Origin: Oopsacas minuta | Lineage: Eukaryota; Animalia; Porifera | Length of the DNA: 64,000 nucleotides | Assembly (NCBI GenBank): GCA_024704765.1 | Contig: JAKMXF010000155.1 | Location: 640,912-704,911 of the forward strand | Direction of reading: 5' to 3' | Shown here: piece after piece, positions 13,601-26,966 of the stretch | How positions within the stretch are numbered: position 1 is the stretch's first letter | Layout of the letters: every line of letters begins with the position of its first letter | Position numbers and translations under genes: made by a program | Notes under the pieces: model-generated | Databases searched by the model: none | Told to the model about the DNA's origin: nothing | The model's input: only the letters and a program-made list of their open reading frames with translations

Positions 13601-15810
13601 TAGCTGCTATGATGTTTGAACCCTTATCGGTTGTACATGGGGTGTCATAAATATCAAGGTTCAATTCGGATAAAATGGAGTCAATAGCTTGTTTAATATT
13701 GTATCCGGTATGCCGTTGCTCAAAGTATTCACACTTATACATAGCGTGACATAATTCGTAGTCCTCAGTGATCCAGAAGACTGTAAAGTCCATAAAACTG
13801 TTCTTATTTACATCGTCTGTAGTAAGGTCTGTAGTAAATGAGACACATTTTTGCTGACCATACTGAGCAACTTTACATCGAATTAGTTCCTGACATTCCT
13901 TAATTTTCAAAAAGGTAGAACGTTGAAAAGTTTGGCGACTATAGAGGAGATCAGCAACATCAATATTACCATATTTACTGCCCATCTGGACCATTAATTG
14001 GGCAAATTCACGAAGACCGACATTTCCACAAAATGAAAAGATGTCCCACCCTGTACTACCATCTTAACCTCTGCATCTTTGATTGCTTTACATTCAACAT
14101 TGGGAAATTTGTGGTGAGCCGGTTTTAGGTAAGACTTTAAGGTTGGCTGTAACGAGTTAGACAACGAAACGCAAGTTCTCATGTGGTCAATCATATTCTT
14201 CGTTCCAAATAATTTGACTGAATCGTCCTTTACAGCTTTGTATTGGATACAACAGTAACATCGGCTACAACAACACCAGCCAAATATTTCGCTACCATCA
14301 CTTTGCTCCAGAATTCGAAAAGATTTCCAACATTCGGACTTGACCGATTTATCCAAATTCTCTTTTAATGTAACTTCATTCCTGCGAATAGCGTCGCATA
14401 GAGAAGATGCAGACCATGACATCTAACTGAAATATATTAACTAATTGAATAATGTATATATATAAACTCATTGTAGATAAGTCCCGTGAACTTTATTCAT
14501 GATTACTAGATATATTTGAAACTTGGCAAGAGAATAGTGAGATATGTGTGTAAGTAACTAAGGTATGGAAGTATTTTTAAGTACATACAATATCAAAATA
14601 ATGCGTAAGCCTATTAGTATACGACTAAATGTACATAATAAACCATGGATAATCTGTTGGCATGTCTTAAGTATTTTTTGAAAATATCGCAATAATTATG
14701 AGTGATTTGCAAACTGAATAATCCATAAAAATTCCACATGGGTCATGGGTCACGGAGCCGTGACCCATGACCCATGTGACCCATCGATTTACGTGACCCA
14801 TCTGACCCATGACCCATGACCCATCGACCCATGGTCCACTCTGAGCGACACTAGCACCATTTCATCTTCGCAGAATATCTTCGACAAATCTTTTCATGTT
14901 TCTATACTCAATCATGAACTGGATGAGGATATCCAATGAATCCATATATCATTTATGATTACTTATTTAATTCTCAATACTGTCTTAATCAATGAGGATA
15001 TTCTGCTGAACCCCATTATTTTGTATAAAGATGTGTCACCGAATCGAAATACTAGCTGTTGGGAAATGCTCCCGTATTCTGATTTGTCTGATGAGGTAAT
15101 CCGACAAAATTCTATGACAGAAAGCATATATTCCGAAAAGGAAAATATAATTTATTCCACTCTATTCCCGAATCATGTAACAATCATCCTTCTCAAGATC
15201 CAACTTTCTCTAACCTTGAAGACCATTCTATCGAAAGTGAAATCAATGAGAAAATTCAGAATACATCTGGTTGTCCGCTAAAAGAATTTTCAATCATCCT
15301 CGATCGATCTGCCGTTGACCCAAATTTACTAATAAATTTCGGGAATAGTTCCATGCGTTGTAAGAAATAGGTAGCAATTAAGTCTCCTTTGTCAAAAGCT
15401 GTTATTTTCGAAAGATGTCGAAACACTGAATAATTTGTACCTGTTTTGAAAGGTGAATTTCTGCCAATACTGAAACTGATGTTTATAAAACAATTGTGAA
15501 TAATGTAAGGTCAAAAGGATATTCTCAAAGAAGAGCTTTAAAGATTACTCTTCAAATTCTTCCTTGAATGTACCTAATGGGAAGTTTAAATCCTATAAGA
15601 AGAGTTTCCTTCGAATGAATTCCGACAAACTCATATTTATCGATTTATTCTCGGACCTCATTAATCGAGTCACCCAAAGATTACCGGTTACTAAAAATGA
15701 TATAATTCAGAGAATACATTCTGATAATCGTGCTATCCCATTGATGTCCTGATTAAAATTTTCTCCTTCAAACATGATAGATATATGCAAATCTTATCTA
15801 AACTCCGAAT
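10700..15810 (+). pseudogene. Decayed tyrosine-recombinase (Crypton-like) gene split by a hAT insertion
   Basis: Manual translation gives MRNY*IFEI*IPNGQRSGIISGLT (GQR at 11741), NHKTG (11843) and TDLRR (12080), all in one frame, then GHSRETHNHCY (12142-12174) after a frameshift. Upstream are C2H2-like DRHL..H and DLRNHL..IH motifs (~10740-10960). Coding-like sequence resumes after 14851. Outer limits are approximate. Confidence 0.7.
12254..14843 (-). mobile_element. hAT element (2590 bp) with GACCCAT subterminal arrays and frameshifted transposase
   Basis: Perfect 8-bp TSD AGCGACAC (12246-12253 and 14844-14851); 18-bp TIR ca(tg/ga)gtggaccatgggtc. ORFs 13994-14422 (BED-like), 13296-13994 (TTD, CLCHRLN), 13048-13275 and 12479-13081 (PASSAESERHYS). 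Confidence 0.95.
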
Positions 15811-17234
15811 ATTGAGCTATTCCTTATGTTGACTAATTAATTAATTAATTATTATATCACAAAATTACTTTGTGAAATTTTGATATTTTCTATATATTCT
15901 CTTTCTCTTTACCATCTATATATAACCTTTTAATATCATGAATTCATCTTTCACTACTGATGACTTATCCTAAATTTTGAATAATGTGTGGTTATTTGCA
16001 TAGTATAGTATTTCATTATACATTTGAATGTGTTTTGTAAATCAGAGAAGTCAGACTTATTATTATCAAAACAAGTCATTTTCATGATAAGTCTGGGAAA
16101 CAAAAAAAATGTGGCCTGTGCCATCCTTTCAACTTTGGTACTACTGGTTTGAAATTTACATAATTGTAGCCCAGAAGGTGCCACTTTTGCTAGAAGATAA
16201 AAGGCGAATAAAGTCAACAATGAAGGTGAAAATTCGGACCAAACTAGATCTTTGCGAGCTTCTTATTGGCAAAGAATGCTTCAATGTTTACAAAGACACT
16301 TCAAAAACCTCCAAAGTATTTACACAAAGGAAATTCAAAATATTCGCAATCGCAAATTCCACTCATTTAATTTCTTGGAAATACAGAATTATAGGTAGAG
16401 GACCATTATCATGATTTAGCAATTAGAGTAACCTCGGACAATTTGAGACAAATGCAACCATGAAGGATTGATGACGTAAGGTGGACTTTCAATTTTGTGG
16501 AGATTAAAACTTTGCTTTGACGACTCATCTGCCTATATGGATCAAAGGATTGGAAATCGGGATATTAGATGCACAACAATATAAAACAACTACAAACGTC
16601 ATAATGACTAGGGTATTGGTAAGTTCAAGCCTGAAACAAATCTCACATCTATGATACTAATATAGTAATTTTCTTGTTTACATCTTCGATAATGCTTATT
16701 ATTCACAACTTTTCAGCAAGTATAATAGCATAAACCTTACCATATTGTCATTTGTAAGCCCTACAAAGAACATGAAATTCAGATTTATCATCCTTCATCA
16801 CTCACCATCCTTTATGGAGTTCATTCGAGAGCTGATTCACTTTCATCTAAGCAAGATTATCGTGATATATTCACTGTAGAACTCGTACCTGGAACATTTA
16901 TTTGGAACTCAGTTTTCTTCAATAAGAAATTTCGCATTTGAGTCATTGAAATTCAGCCAAGGAGAAGTAGGATTCCATTGTTCAAGTCAGCATTTAGGTG
17001 ATAAAGAGTAACATAAACTCCTCGAAAACGTACATTAAGCTATTTAGTAGCGAAGCAGATATATTATCGATGTCTGAAACTGGTAGATGGGCTCATTTGA
17101 GATGGAACCTTTAACGATTCTACTATATTAGTGCCATGGAAGATTTCAATTGCATCTTTCGTGTGTTCGTTGATGGAAAAACATACTGGATAAACTCAAT
17201 ATCTCCAGTTGCTCGCTGTACATTATCGGAAAAG

Positions 17235-17337
17235 CACTTAAAAATGTCAGGCATTTTAAGTAAATGTCAGGGATCATAAGTAAAAATTTCAGTCATCTTA
17301 GGTGCAGCGAGCTCCACTTAAGATGCCTGACATTTTT
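17235..17337. repeat. Three ~21-bp direct repeats followed by one inverted copy
   Basis: aaaaatgtcaggcattttaagt (17240-61), aaatgtcagggatcataagt and aaaaatttcagtcatcttaggtg, then cacttaagatgcctgacattttt, which matches the reverse complement of the first unit at 21/22. Confidence 0.75.
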
Positions 17338-19092
17338 CAATCAAACCAAATGTTCGCTTATTGGTGTTAGTATTAACGAGTGTTGAATGAATCGAGTACA
17401 CTGGGTTTAATTCAAAAGGACCTTTTAACATCCGATTATGTAGGACGAAGCCTGGAGAGTGGGTTTACTTGCTACTTATTAAACGGTCTAAATTGAGTGA
17501 TTAACTACTGAGCTATGGAATTAACCGCACAACTATCCTAATTGTTTTGATGTTGAAGCATAGGCTATATAACTTCAATTGTATGTACTTACTGCACTTA
17601 ATAAGTTCATTACCCTGAACTGTAAACTATTCTTTGGCCTCTCAATTACTATTCTTAAATTTCAATGTCTAGAGCTTGTTTCAACTCTGGTGCATACTTC
17701 ACTTTGAAGTCTGTATATCAAAACAGGTTATTATTCAATAATATTACAATATATTTATCAACAATTTTAACACTAGTGAATTAACTGAAGTTTGAAATCA
17801 ACAATCAAGAACTGAAGTCTTCAATTTGGTGTAGGCAGAGCATAGACTGAACATAACCTTAGGAAAGGGTCACGATTATTATCACTACCTCGAATAATAT
17901 CACTCAGGTTCCAAGATATTTGGTGAAAATACCTATGTAGGAAAATATAGGTCTTTCATGGTGTCGTACTCCAACTAATTCTTGTCTAGAACACAGGTCA
18001 AATTGTGTACCACTAGAAAATCCCCAATAGGCAATTAACAACTAAAAGCTTCTCTATATGTCAAACAGGAATTAAATTTTATAGATAGGTCTTGTAGTGA
18101 AAAATTTGAGAACGTTCCTATTAAGTGAACCCTGTCGAGTTAAACAGTCTATTATTAGGTTCAAACCTAACAATATAAGACACTTTTATGTTAGATAAAT
18201 GCGAAGACACCGGTTGTCCAAATTTTGGAAAGAACATGCCGATTTTAGCCTCAAATTCCATTGATAAAGTAGCAAAAATTGACATTTTTGAATATGGATA
18301 GAGTGGCCATGATAAAATATTTGGTAGAACATTATCAACTCTACACATATCATGTATATTTGGTATAATAGGAGTTAGATTACTCAAAATATCATTCAGG
18401 GTTACAAACGTTGATTGACTAAAGTAGTTTATATATCCTAGGTGTAAGTCACCTGGGCAGTGAATCAACATTTTCTTGATTCATGAGCAAGATGTATAGA
18501 AAACGAGAGGAACGAATATAGTGCACTAATGAATAATCAAATTATAGACTTTCTGAAATTCGAATTATTTCTTAATCAACCCCATGTTTGACCAAATGAA
18601 ATTTCCAAGTATTTTGGATTTTACTCCTACAGAATTCCTTCCGTTATTTCTTGCTCAATCTACTCATTCCATATTATTAAATCTTAATTTGGGTATGTCT
18701 GTCATGCACCAGTGCAGAAAACACCATTTGTACTACCTGAAAATTTGAACTTGAATCCTTTGGAGAGACACCAATAAAATATGGTAATTTTTGGATTCAA
18801 TATATATTAGTGCATAAGAAAACAACTTTTCATCTGTGGTTAATATCTTTTTCTTGAGTTATGTCCCTCCTACTGTCTGGAGGTAGAATACTGTATTTTT
18901 TCGTTTTGTATTTATATATTTGCTAAAACTCTATCAACGGCCTATTTTTGAGTGCGATTAACAGATACTTACTCGAATATTTAGCTCTAACTCAGTGTTA
19001 TTGGGATATTGTGCAAGTATATAGTAGGCCGGATCAAGAAAAGTATAAATCGTCAGTTCAACTTCCACCTAAGGGAAAAGTTGCCTCTGCTG

Positions 19093-20427
19093 CAGTCTGA
19101 CACGAAATTATTTACAATTTTCTGATTGTTTCTTAAGAACCCGTAATATTGCAAAAGCACGAAATTGATATATCTCGATCACATTACATGAACAATATAA
19201 TACATATTTTTGTTATTTCAAAATTTTTTGATTTTTTACATCATTTCTTTGATTTTGTCGCGTCATCCTTGGTGATTACTGAGCATTTTATCCCTATTCT
19301 GTGGTGAACTGGAATTCTTCGAAATAAATGCTACAAGCCAAACGTCAAGAAGTTTCGGAGTTGTTAAAATTGAAAACAACTACTATAAAGTCAATTGCAA
19401 AGCGATATGGAGTTTCTTTGAAGACCGTGTATTATGTCAAAGCTACAGTGTCAGATTCCAAAAATTTGAAGCATCGAAAAGGAGCTGGTAGACCAATGAT
19501 AATGTCCAAAAATAACAAGATATCTCTTGCAGCAAAGTTCCGAAAAAATCCACGAGTATCTGTAAGAAGGATAGCAAGTGAATTTCAGGTCACTCAGGGT
19601 TTAGATATATCTAGAGAGTCGATACGGAGGACAATAAAGAGTATGGGACTTTCTAAGAAAGTTCCGATCAGAGGGCCCGGGAATCACTCCCCAGAATGAG
19701 AAAATACATGTCGATTGGGCCAAGTAACACAGGAATATTCACTGGCACAAGATAATATTCACGGATGAATGTTCTATCTGGCTAAATCAGGGTAGAATTC
19801 GAATGTGGACAAGAGGCGAATGACAAACCCTCAACATTCCACGGCGTACTCCCAAAGTACACATTTGGGGAGGAATTTCTGCTCGAGGTGCCACCCCAGT
19901 GAAGGTTTTCAAGCATAACTTTAATTCAGAACATTATTGTAATGTTTTAAATGAAGTTCTGTTTCAGACTGCAGATACATTATACCCTGATGGCTGGAAA
20001 TTGCAAGAGGATAATTCGAGTATCCATACATCAAAGTTTTCATGTGCTTTCAAAGAGACATACCGTGTTAGACGCATAGACTGGCCTCCCAATAGCCCGG
20101 ATCTCAACCCCATCGAGAATTTATGGGGTGTACTGAAGCACAGAATAATTGTCAACGCTCCAAAGACAATTGAGGAAGTGGAGAGTATGATACATTCTCA
20201 GTGGGAAACGTTTGAACCTGATTTTCTTTCTAAGTTCACAAGTTCTATGAAAAAAAGGTGTAATCTGGTAATTGCCTCTGGTGGGAAAAAGATAACTATT
20301 AGTAACATTATTATTTAGGTAATATCTGTCACTTCTATACAAGAAATGTATCGTCAATTTCTTTGGTAATCAATGCTAAATTGGATTATGGTTAATTTAT
20401 AATTGTAAATAATTTCATGTTAGACTG
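19093..20427 (+). mobile_element. Tc1 (DD34E) element, decayed, inserted in the left TIR of hATm-like copy 1
   Basis: 27-bp TIR cagtct(g/a)aca(c/t)gaaattatttacaatt; TG on the left and TA on the right. ORFs 19328-19699 and 19899-20318 (QEDNSSIH...WPPNSPDLNPIE, 34-residue spacing). The hATm TIR resumes at 20430. Confidence 0.92.
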
Positions 20428-23400
20428 TATTTTCTAGGAAATGCGGGACTTAAATTTGAAAATTAATCGATTTGACCCTTGCGGTTGTATATTTTTGCTG
20501 TGTCACTTTCGCAAAATTGATTGTATATTGTTCGAATTTTCAAATTCCTTTGACTTAGCCCCTTTATATATAATATTTGGTAGTATTAAGTCGCATATGT
20601 GCTGTTGAATGGTGTATTAATCAAATTTCTATGTCTAAGGATACTCAAGTTATCAAGATTTTTTTGCATATTCTATCATACCCTAATATTATTACACACC
20701 CCATTTATTTCCGATTATTTAAAAATTCTATATTCTTAGTAAAATTTGTTATATAATCACCAAACTTAGTATATTTCTTTATCTAGATCCAATTTCATCA
20801 ATAGGTTACCACAAAGAAATTTTACCAACATTCCTAATCCCTTGTTCTTAACTTAGTTACCATTTATCTAGCATGGAATTTATGGCTAATTATAGTATCT
20901 ATATCAATGCTCGATCAAATCATTCATATTATTGCGTGATTATATTCCAAAAATGTATTTATTTTTGAAATGGCAGAAAACACGCGTAGTAAAATATTAC
21001 ATCCTATTTTTGGCTATCCAGGACCCATTCCAGAAAATCAACTTCCAACAAAACTAGATATATATAATCATTCAAGAATGCTTAGAAATGAAGATTCTAA
21101 AACAACTAGAGACGATATAGCGAAAGAATTAACTGAAGTATTAGTGCGTATCTATAATTTAGCTACCATATCCATTATATCAGAGCTCAAAATAAAACAG
21201 TACATCAATTCTGATATTATAGAGAGAGCTAAATACTACGGAAAAAGTATCCAAAACAAGCAACATCCTGACCGTATACTGCCTATTATTTCCGAATTCA
21301 ATGCCTTGTTCGAGGTCTCAAGTTGCAAATGCCTAATTCAGGAAGGTAAATGTCTTTGCTTTCTGAGTAAAAAGATACCACGTCGTGAGTGGCCATTTCT
21401 CTTTGATCAGCGAAACGCTCAAAAATTATTTATATCCAGCTTGGATTGCACGACAACCTCTAAAAATATTGTTAAACAAAAAAGAAAAGAGGCACAGTAT
21501 GAAAAAGAAGAAAGGGAAATGAAGAGATTACATTCAGTTCAACCTTCGCAAGAATTTATAGAATGTGTCTTTGAAGAGTTTGAATCTTTTGACTCAAGCA
21601 CATCTAATAATCACAAGCATACACGTAATCATAATCAATTACGAAATTTAGCCATAATGTGTGATAGATATCAAATTAGCGATCGGGCAGGCGCAGCTAT
21701 AGCTAACGCAGTACTGCAGGATTACGGTATTATCACACAGGAAGAAGGTTGGCAAATTATTGATAGAAACAAACTCCGTAGATCTAGATTCTCTGTGAGA
21801 AAGGTATTGGCTAATGAGGCTCACGAGACTATCAATGAGATATCTGCAATATATTTTGATGGCCGTAATGATCAAACTGGTGTGCTAGTAGAAAGAAAAA
21901 TGGACATTTGTATCAGGAAACTGCAAATGAAGAACATTATACTGTCTTATCTGAAGCGGGGAATCAGTATGTTGCCCATGTAACAGCAAGTTCTGGTAAA
22001 GCCAAAGATATAGCAAGAGAATTGACTGATCTTTGCAGGGAGCGTAATTCAAATTTAATGGCGGTTGGAGCTGATGGAGCTCGTGTTAACACTAGAATCT
22101 ACAATGGGTGTATTAGATTACTTGAACTAGAGTTCACAAACCACTCCACTGGTTTATTTGCCAATTACATTGTAATGAACTTGCATTGAGGCATCGCTTT
22201 CAAACAATAGATGGAAAATCCAGTGGACCCAATTCTTTTAAAGGAGTAATTGGTAAAGAACTTAATTTGTGATTTTACTTGCACCAATTGTAACGTATCA
22301 TCCTTTATGCGGTAAAACTCAACTTATTGATTGCGATATTTTCAAGAATTTAAATAAAGATCAGAAATATCTATATAATATCTGTCATGCAGTTCAGACT
22401 GGTATTTGCTCATCTGAACTACCATCGATGCAACCTGGTCCTATGCATCATGCCAAATGGACAACACTGGCCAACAGATTACTTAGGTCGCACATTTCTA
22501 CGATACATCACGCACCTGAATTATCCCAACTTGTCAATTGTATTGTGAATTATTATGCGCAAGTTTGGTTTAGAATCAAGAGTAACCCGATTTGCACAGA
22601 TGAACCCAAAAATATGTTTTTGCGATATCTTTGCTGCGAGATCTATCGGAGTCTGACCAAGAAGTAATTTGCGATGCGATACAGAGAAACGCATATTTTT
22701 GTCATCCAGAAAATCTCCTGTTATCGATGCTTGCAGATAATGATGAACAAATTAGATAGAAGGCTGTGAAGACTATTTTAGATATCCGAATTAACAGTTC
22801 ATCATTTAGACCGATTGAAATTCGCCCATTTAATCTTCCTTCAAAAAGGTTCACTGCCGAAACATATGTGGATATGATTGATTGGGAGACTTCTTTTATT
22901 ATACAACCGCCTTTTACAAGATACATCTCAAAGGAAGTACTTATTAATTGTGTATGTGCTCCACCAGAAATTCCAGCATATCCATGCTATACACAAGCTG
23001 TTGAAAGAACTATTCAATTAGTCGCTAAAGGTTCGTGTTCAGTAACAGGAGAAGATGCGAGTCATAGATTAATTCTTTTAACCCAACATCAAGAGAAAAT
23101 ATGCCCGCATTTGAGTCAAAGAAAGATTATGCATGTTAAATATACGGTACAACTATAGAATCCGACACCCCAACTTTTTGAATGTAGTCAAAAATCGCTA
23201 TATGCACCGTGGAAGAACTCGTTGTGAGAAGCTGATAGAGCTTTCGAACTCAAAAATCAGATGGAAACTGACGAAGTTACGAAAATCTCCCAAATAAGCC
23301 AAATCCTATGGAGAAAATTGTATTAGACACTATACTGAAATAATGCTGATGAATTCTATACAAACTACCATAGGAATGCACATATAATCAATCTTGCAGT

Positions 23401-24264
23401 TATCAACGCTTGCATCAGTTGATTGATTCTTTTATGAATTTATTAGTTTGCGTAATTTGTAGTTATTACTATTAAGAACAGTCAATTTAAACCTGGTGTA
23501 GCCTGGTTCCCTAACAGGCGAAAACCTGGTCATACCGTATATCTCGAAAACTATAATTCGCATCGCTTAGCTTTAAAAGGAAAACGGTAGGTCTTGGCCT
23601 CATCTAGCCAAAAAAATACCACTTGGACCACATCTAGCTATCCTAACAATAGGTGTTATGCACTATTAATGTTGCCAAATAATCATCAAGTACATTTCAA
23701 AGATATCTTAACCAGGGGTTCATTTGTTGCTTAGAAAAACACATCTTGAACTAAGATGAATGATAAAGACATTACAGTATCGCCAAATTTACTCTGTTGG
23801 TGGTACATATTAGTTGTTTAGTATATCTGTACATGCGGCTTCTTTACTTAATGATTCTAGAGGTTTGTTACTAGCCTCAGAGTCCCCATTACAGCTATAC
23901 AGTAAGTTTCCGGATACAAAGTGGCGTAACATGCTACCATGGGCGTAATTCCCGGGGGGACAGAGGAGGAAGTGTCCCCCCACTTTTGAATAATTTGCGA
24001 TGATGTATGGATTTTGCGATCATTTTCGTACCAAATCACAAGATTTTACAATTCGTCCCATAATTTATGGATCTATGCCCTTGTTTGCAAGCGCCATGCC
24101 TCGCCCATGTTCCAAGTTAACATATTTTGCTCATAATTTACACATTCTTTGCCAAAGTCAGTGTGGTTGTAATGTAGTTTGTGCAAATTGGGTTCCAGCA
24201 CTGATTCCCAATATATTATTCAGATTGGCTAAAGGAATATCCATAGGAAATACGAGCATTGTTA

Positions 24265-24339
24265 AGCCCACAATACACGATGCAACTTGATTGATTGCAA
24301 CTGTTTTATGCAACAAAATTGCATCGTGTATGGTGGGCT
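24265..24339. mobile_element. 75-bp mini-MITE, PIF/Harbinger-like
   Basis: 21-bp TIR agcccac(a/c)atacacgatgcaa, flanked by TTA on both sides (24262-64 and 24340-42). Confidence 0.7.
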
Positions 24340-24692
24340 TTAAGTTATATTATACCTGTGTATGATTTGACTGAAATTCCCAACAATTCAATGATCATAG
24401 TATATGAATTGAATATACGTATTACTCGTCGTATAGTTAATCGTTGATAGTAACTTGATACCACTATGATTTTCTATCACTAATGAAAATCTACATTCCT
24501 TTGAACAAATTATACTTAAGTTACACTGTGCAATAAAATGTTGACCACAAAGAACCACATAATCTAAGCTTTAATTGTATCGCTTAAGTAAATAGCATTC
24601 CAAAAAAGTGAATGTGTTGTAATGTACGTATGTTAGTATATAAAGACCATTCGTACATTATTTTGTAACATGCTGCTATCATTCAAACCACA

Positions 24693-26966
24693 ATGGACCA
24701 CACAATATTCCTCGAACCCTTGATTATACCTGACATTTCAGCAAGCTTTTTACTCTCTGATCTCTTACAGTTGTCCTCTTCTCTGGAAAATACTATTGAT
24801 TGACTTAAGCATTACAGGGTGTAACATAATTGATGACTACTTCACTGTACCTATATACCATACAACCTCACTCATATTTATTTAACTATAGTAAAAGTTT
24901 TGCCATTATCCGATTATATCAATCCTTTGTACCATTTATTTATGCATTTTCAAACTAATGTTCATGTCTATGTCCAAAAATATTTAATAGTTTATGCTCC
25001 CTAATATCTTAGCAATATCATGGTCAAAGAACACAAGATTAATATTAGAAACCAGGCTGTAGGGATGTTATTAGGTGGTATGAAGCAAAGGCGCGTTTGC
25101 AATTTACTTGGAGCATCCTTGCGTACTGTCGGACGATGGTGGACCCAATACCAGAAGGGAATCTCATTGGAAAATAAACGTGGTAGAGGACTGAAGGTTT
25201 CGTTATCAAAAATTGGAATAATCGTCATTTCTAAGTCACTAACAAAGAAACACCAATCTACAAGAAAATTGTCGGGAAAACTTAAGTCTAAGGGTATTAT
25301 AGCATCACATATGACTATCCAAAGGTATCTCAAGAATTCTATTGGAGCAACTAGTTATAAAAGACCGCTTCAGCCAAGATTATCCGAAAAACAGATTAAA
25401 GATCGGATTTCTTTCTGTAAACAGACAGTCAATTGGACTGTTCAAGATTGGCGTATGGTGTTATTTTCTGATGAATCCCCCTATGAATTATTCCACATAC
25501 CTAATAGACAAAATGATCGTGTATGGGCAAGGAAGAAAGAATCAGTGGCCCCTCTGAGAAAATTAAATTTCATTCTAAGATACATGATTGGGGAATGATG
25601 TCATACAATGCGATATCAGAACTGCATATTATACCTAAGTCCTGTACAGTAACTGCAAAATATTATATCGAAGAAATACTGAAGAAGTCTCTGAAGATCG
25701 CACTAAGGAGGAAAAGGAAGACTGGAGCTGTTCTAGTCAGAAGATTACTCTCAAACATGTCCAGGTACATCTTTCAGCAGGACGGGGCACCAGCTCATAA
25801 TGCCATAAAGACTCAAGATTGGTGTAAAGACAATCTGAATTCCTTTTGGGAGAAAGGTATTTGGCCAGGCAACTCGCCAGGCTTAAACCCAATAGAGAAT
25901 TTATGGGCCATCATCCAAAGCAAAATTAATGAAATGGAAGTAGCAACCAATCTAAATATGCTTGAAAAACAGCTGAAACTGGCATTCTCTCAGATTTCCC
26001 CTGAGATTCTCGACAATCTGGTGAGTGGTATGCCTGAAAGGATTAAAACTTGTCTCAAATATAAAGGCAGATATATAGGAAAATAGATTGGACAGTGAAT
26101 TCATCGAACGTTAATTTATGCATATTTTTTCTGTAAGTCATCAATTATGTTACACCCTGTATGCTTATTACCACGAGGAGTCCAGTGCAGATTCGGTTTC
26201 AATAATGTATGTAGGTGCATTTACCGATTCTAAGAACTGTAACAATTGGAGATCTAGAGCGTGTAAGACAACCTGTTCACTTCGTTATGAGTCCTTCTTC
26301 AAGAGTTCAAATCTATCTCTTCCCTCTCTATTGCAGTTCTTGTATTTTTGGAGTGTAGATATACAGTCACATGCATTTCTTAGGAGACACTTGCAACGGT
26401 CCCCGAATACTGTTGTAGACTGGAAGAGTTTTATGAGAGATGTTTGCATTGAGGATCTAATAATAAATCAGGAGCCAATAGGCGGGCCCGGTACAGTGGT
26501 AGAGATTGATGAATCGAAATTTGGGAGACGAAAATATAACCATGGTAGATTACTCACTGGTCAATGGGTTTTCGGTTTATATGAGCAAGGTACTGATAAC
26601 GTACTGATGATTCCAGTTCCCGATTGCTCAGGTGCAACCCTACTTGCCATTATTCAGCGATATGTATTACCTGGAACTACCATCCAATCAGACGGATGGG
26701 CTGCTTATAATGTTGTCCCAGCTGCAGGCTACGCTCATTACACTGTAAACAACTTTGAGAATTTTGTGGATCTAATTGACGGTGCACAAACACAAGGGAT
26801 GGAAAACGCTTGGGATATGGTCAAGAAAACGCAAAGAAGAGGCCAAACAACAAATCCTGAATTGCTAGAATCCCACCTTATCGAGTTTTGTTGGAGAAGA
26901 AAGAATAAAGGAAACATCCGATATAGCATCGTCAAGTGTATTAGAGAATTATATCCTGTTGTGTAA
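24693..26966 (+). pseudogene. IS1595-family (Merlin) transposase interrupted by a DD37E element
   Basis: ATG at 24693 (MDHTIFLEPL..ENTID*LKHY) joins 26162 onward once the insertion is removed. The 26118-26966 ORF carries VVEIDESKFGRRKYNHGR, QWVFG and TTIQSDGWAAY. Confidence 0.88.
24815..26159 (+). mobile_element. DD37E Tc1-family element (1345 bp), transposase frameshifted
   Basis: Perfect 24-bp TIR CAGGGTGTAACATAATTGATGACT with TA TSD. ORFs 25020-25598 (FSDES) and 25523-26086 (QQDGAPAH...WPGNSPGLNPIE, 37 residues between D and E). Confidence 0.93.
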
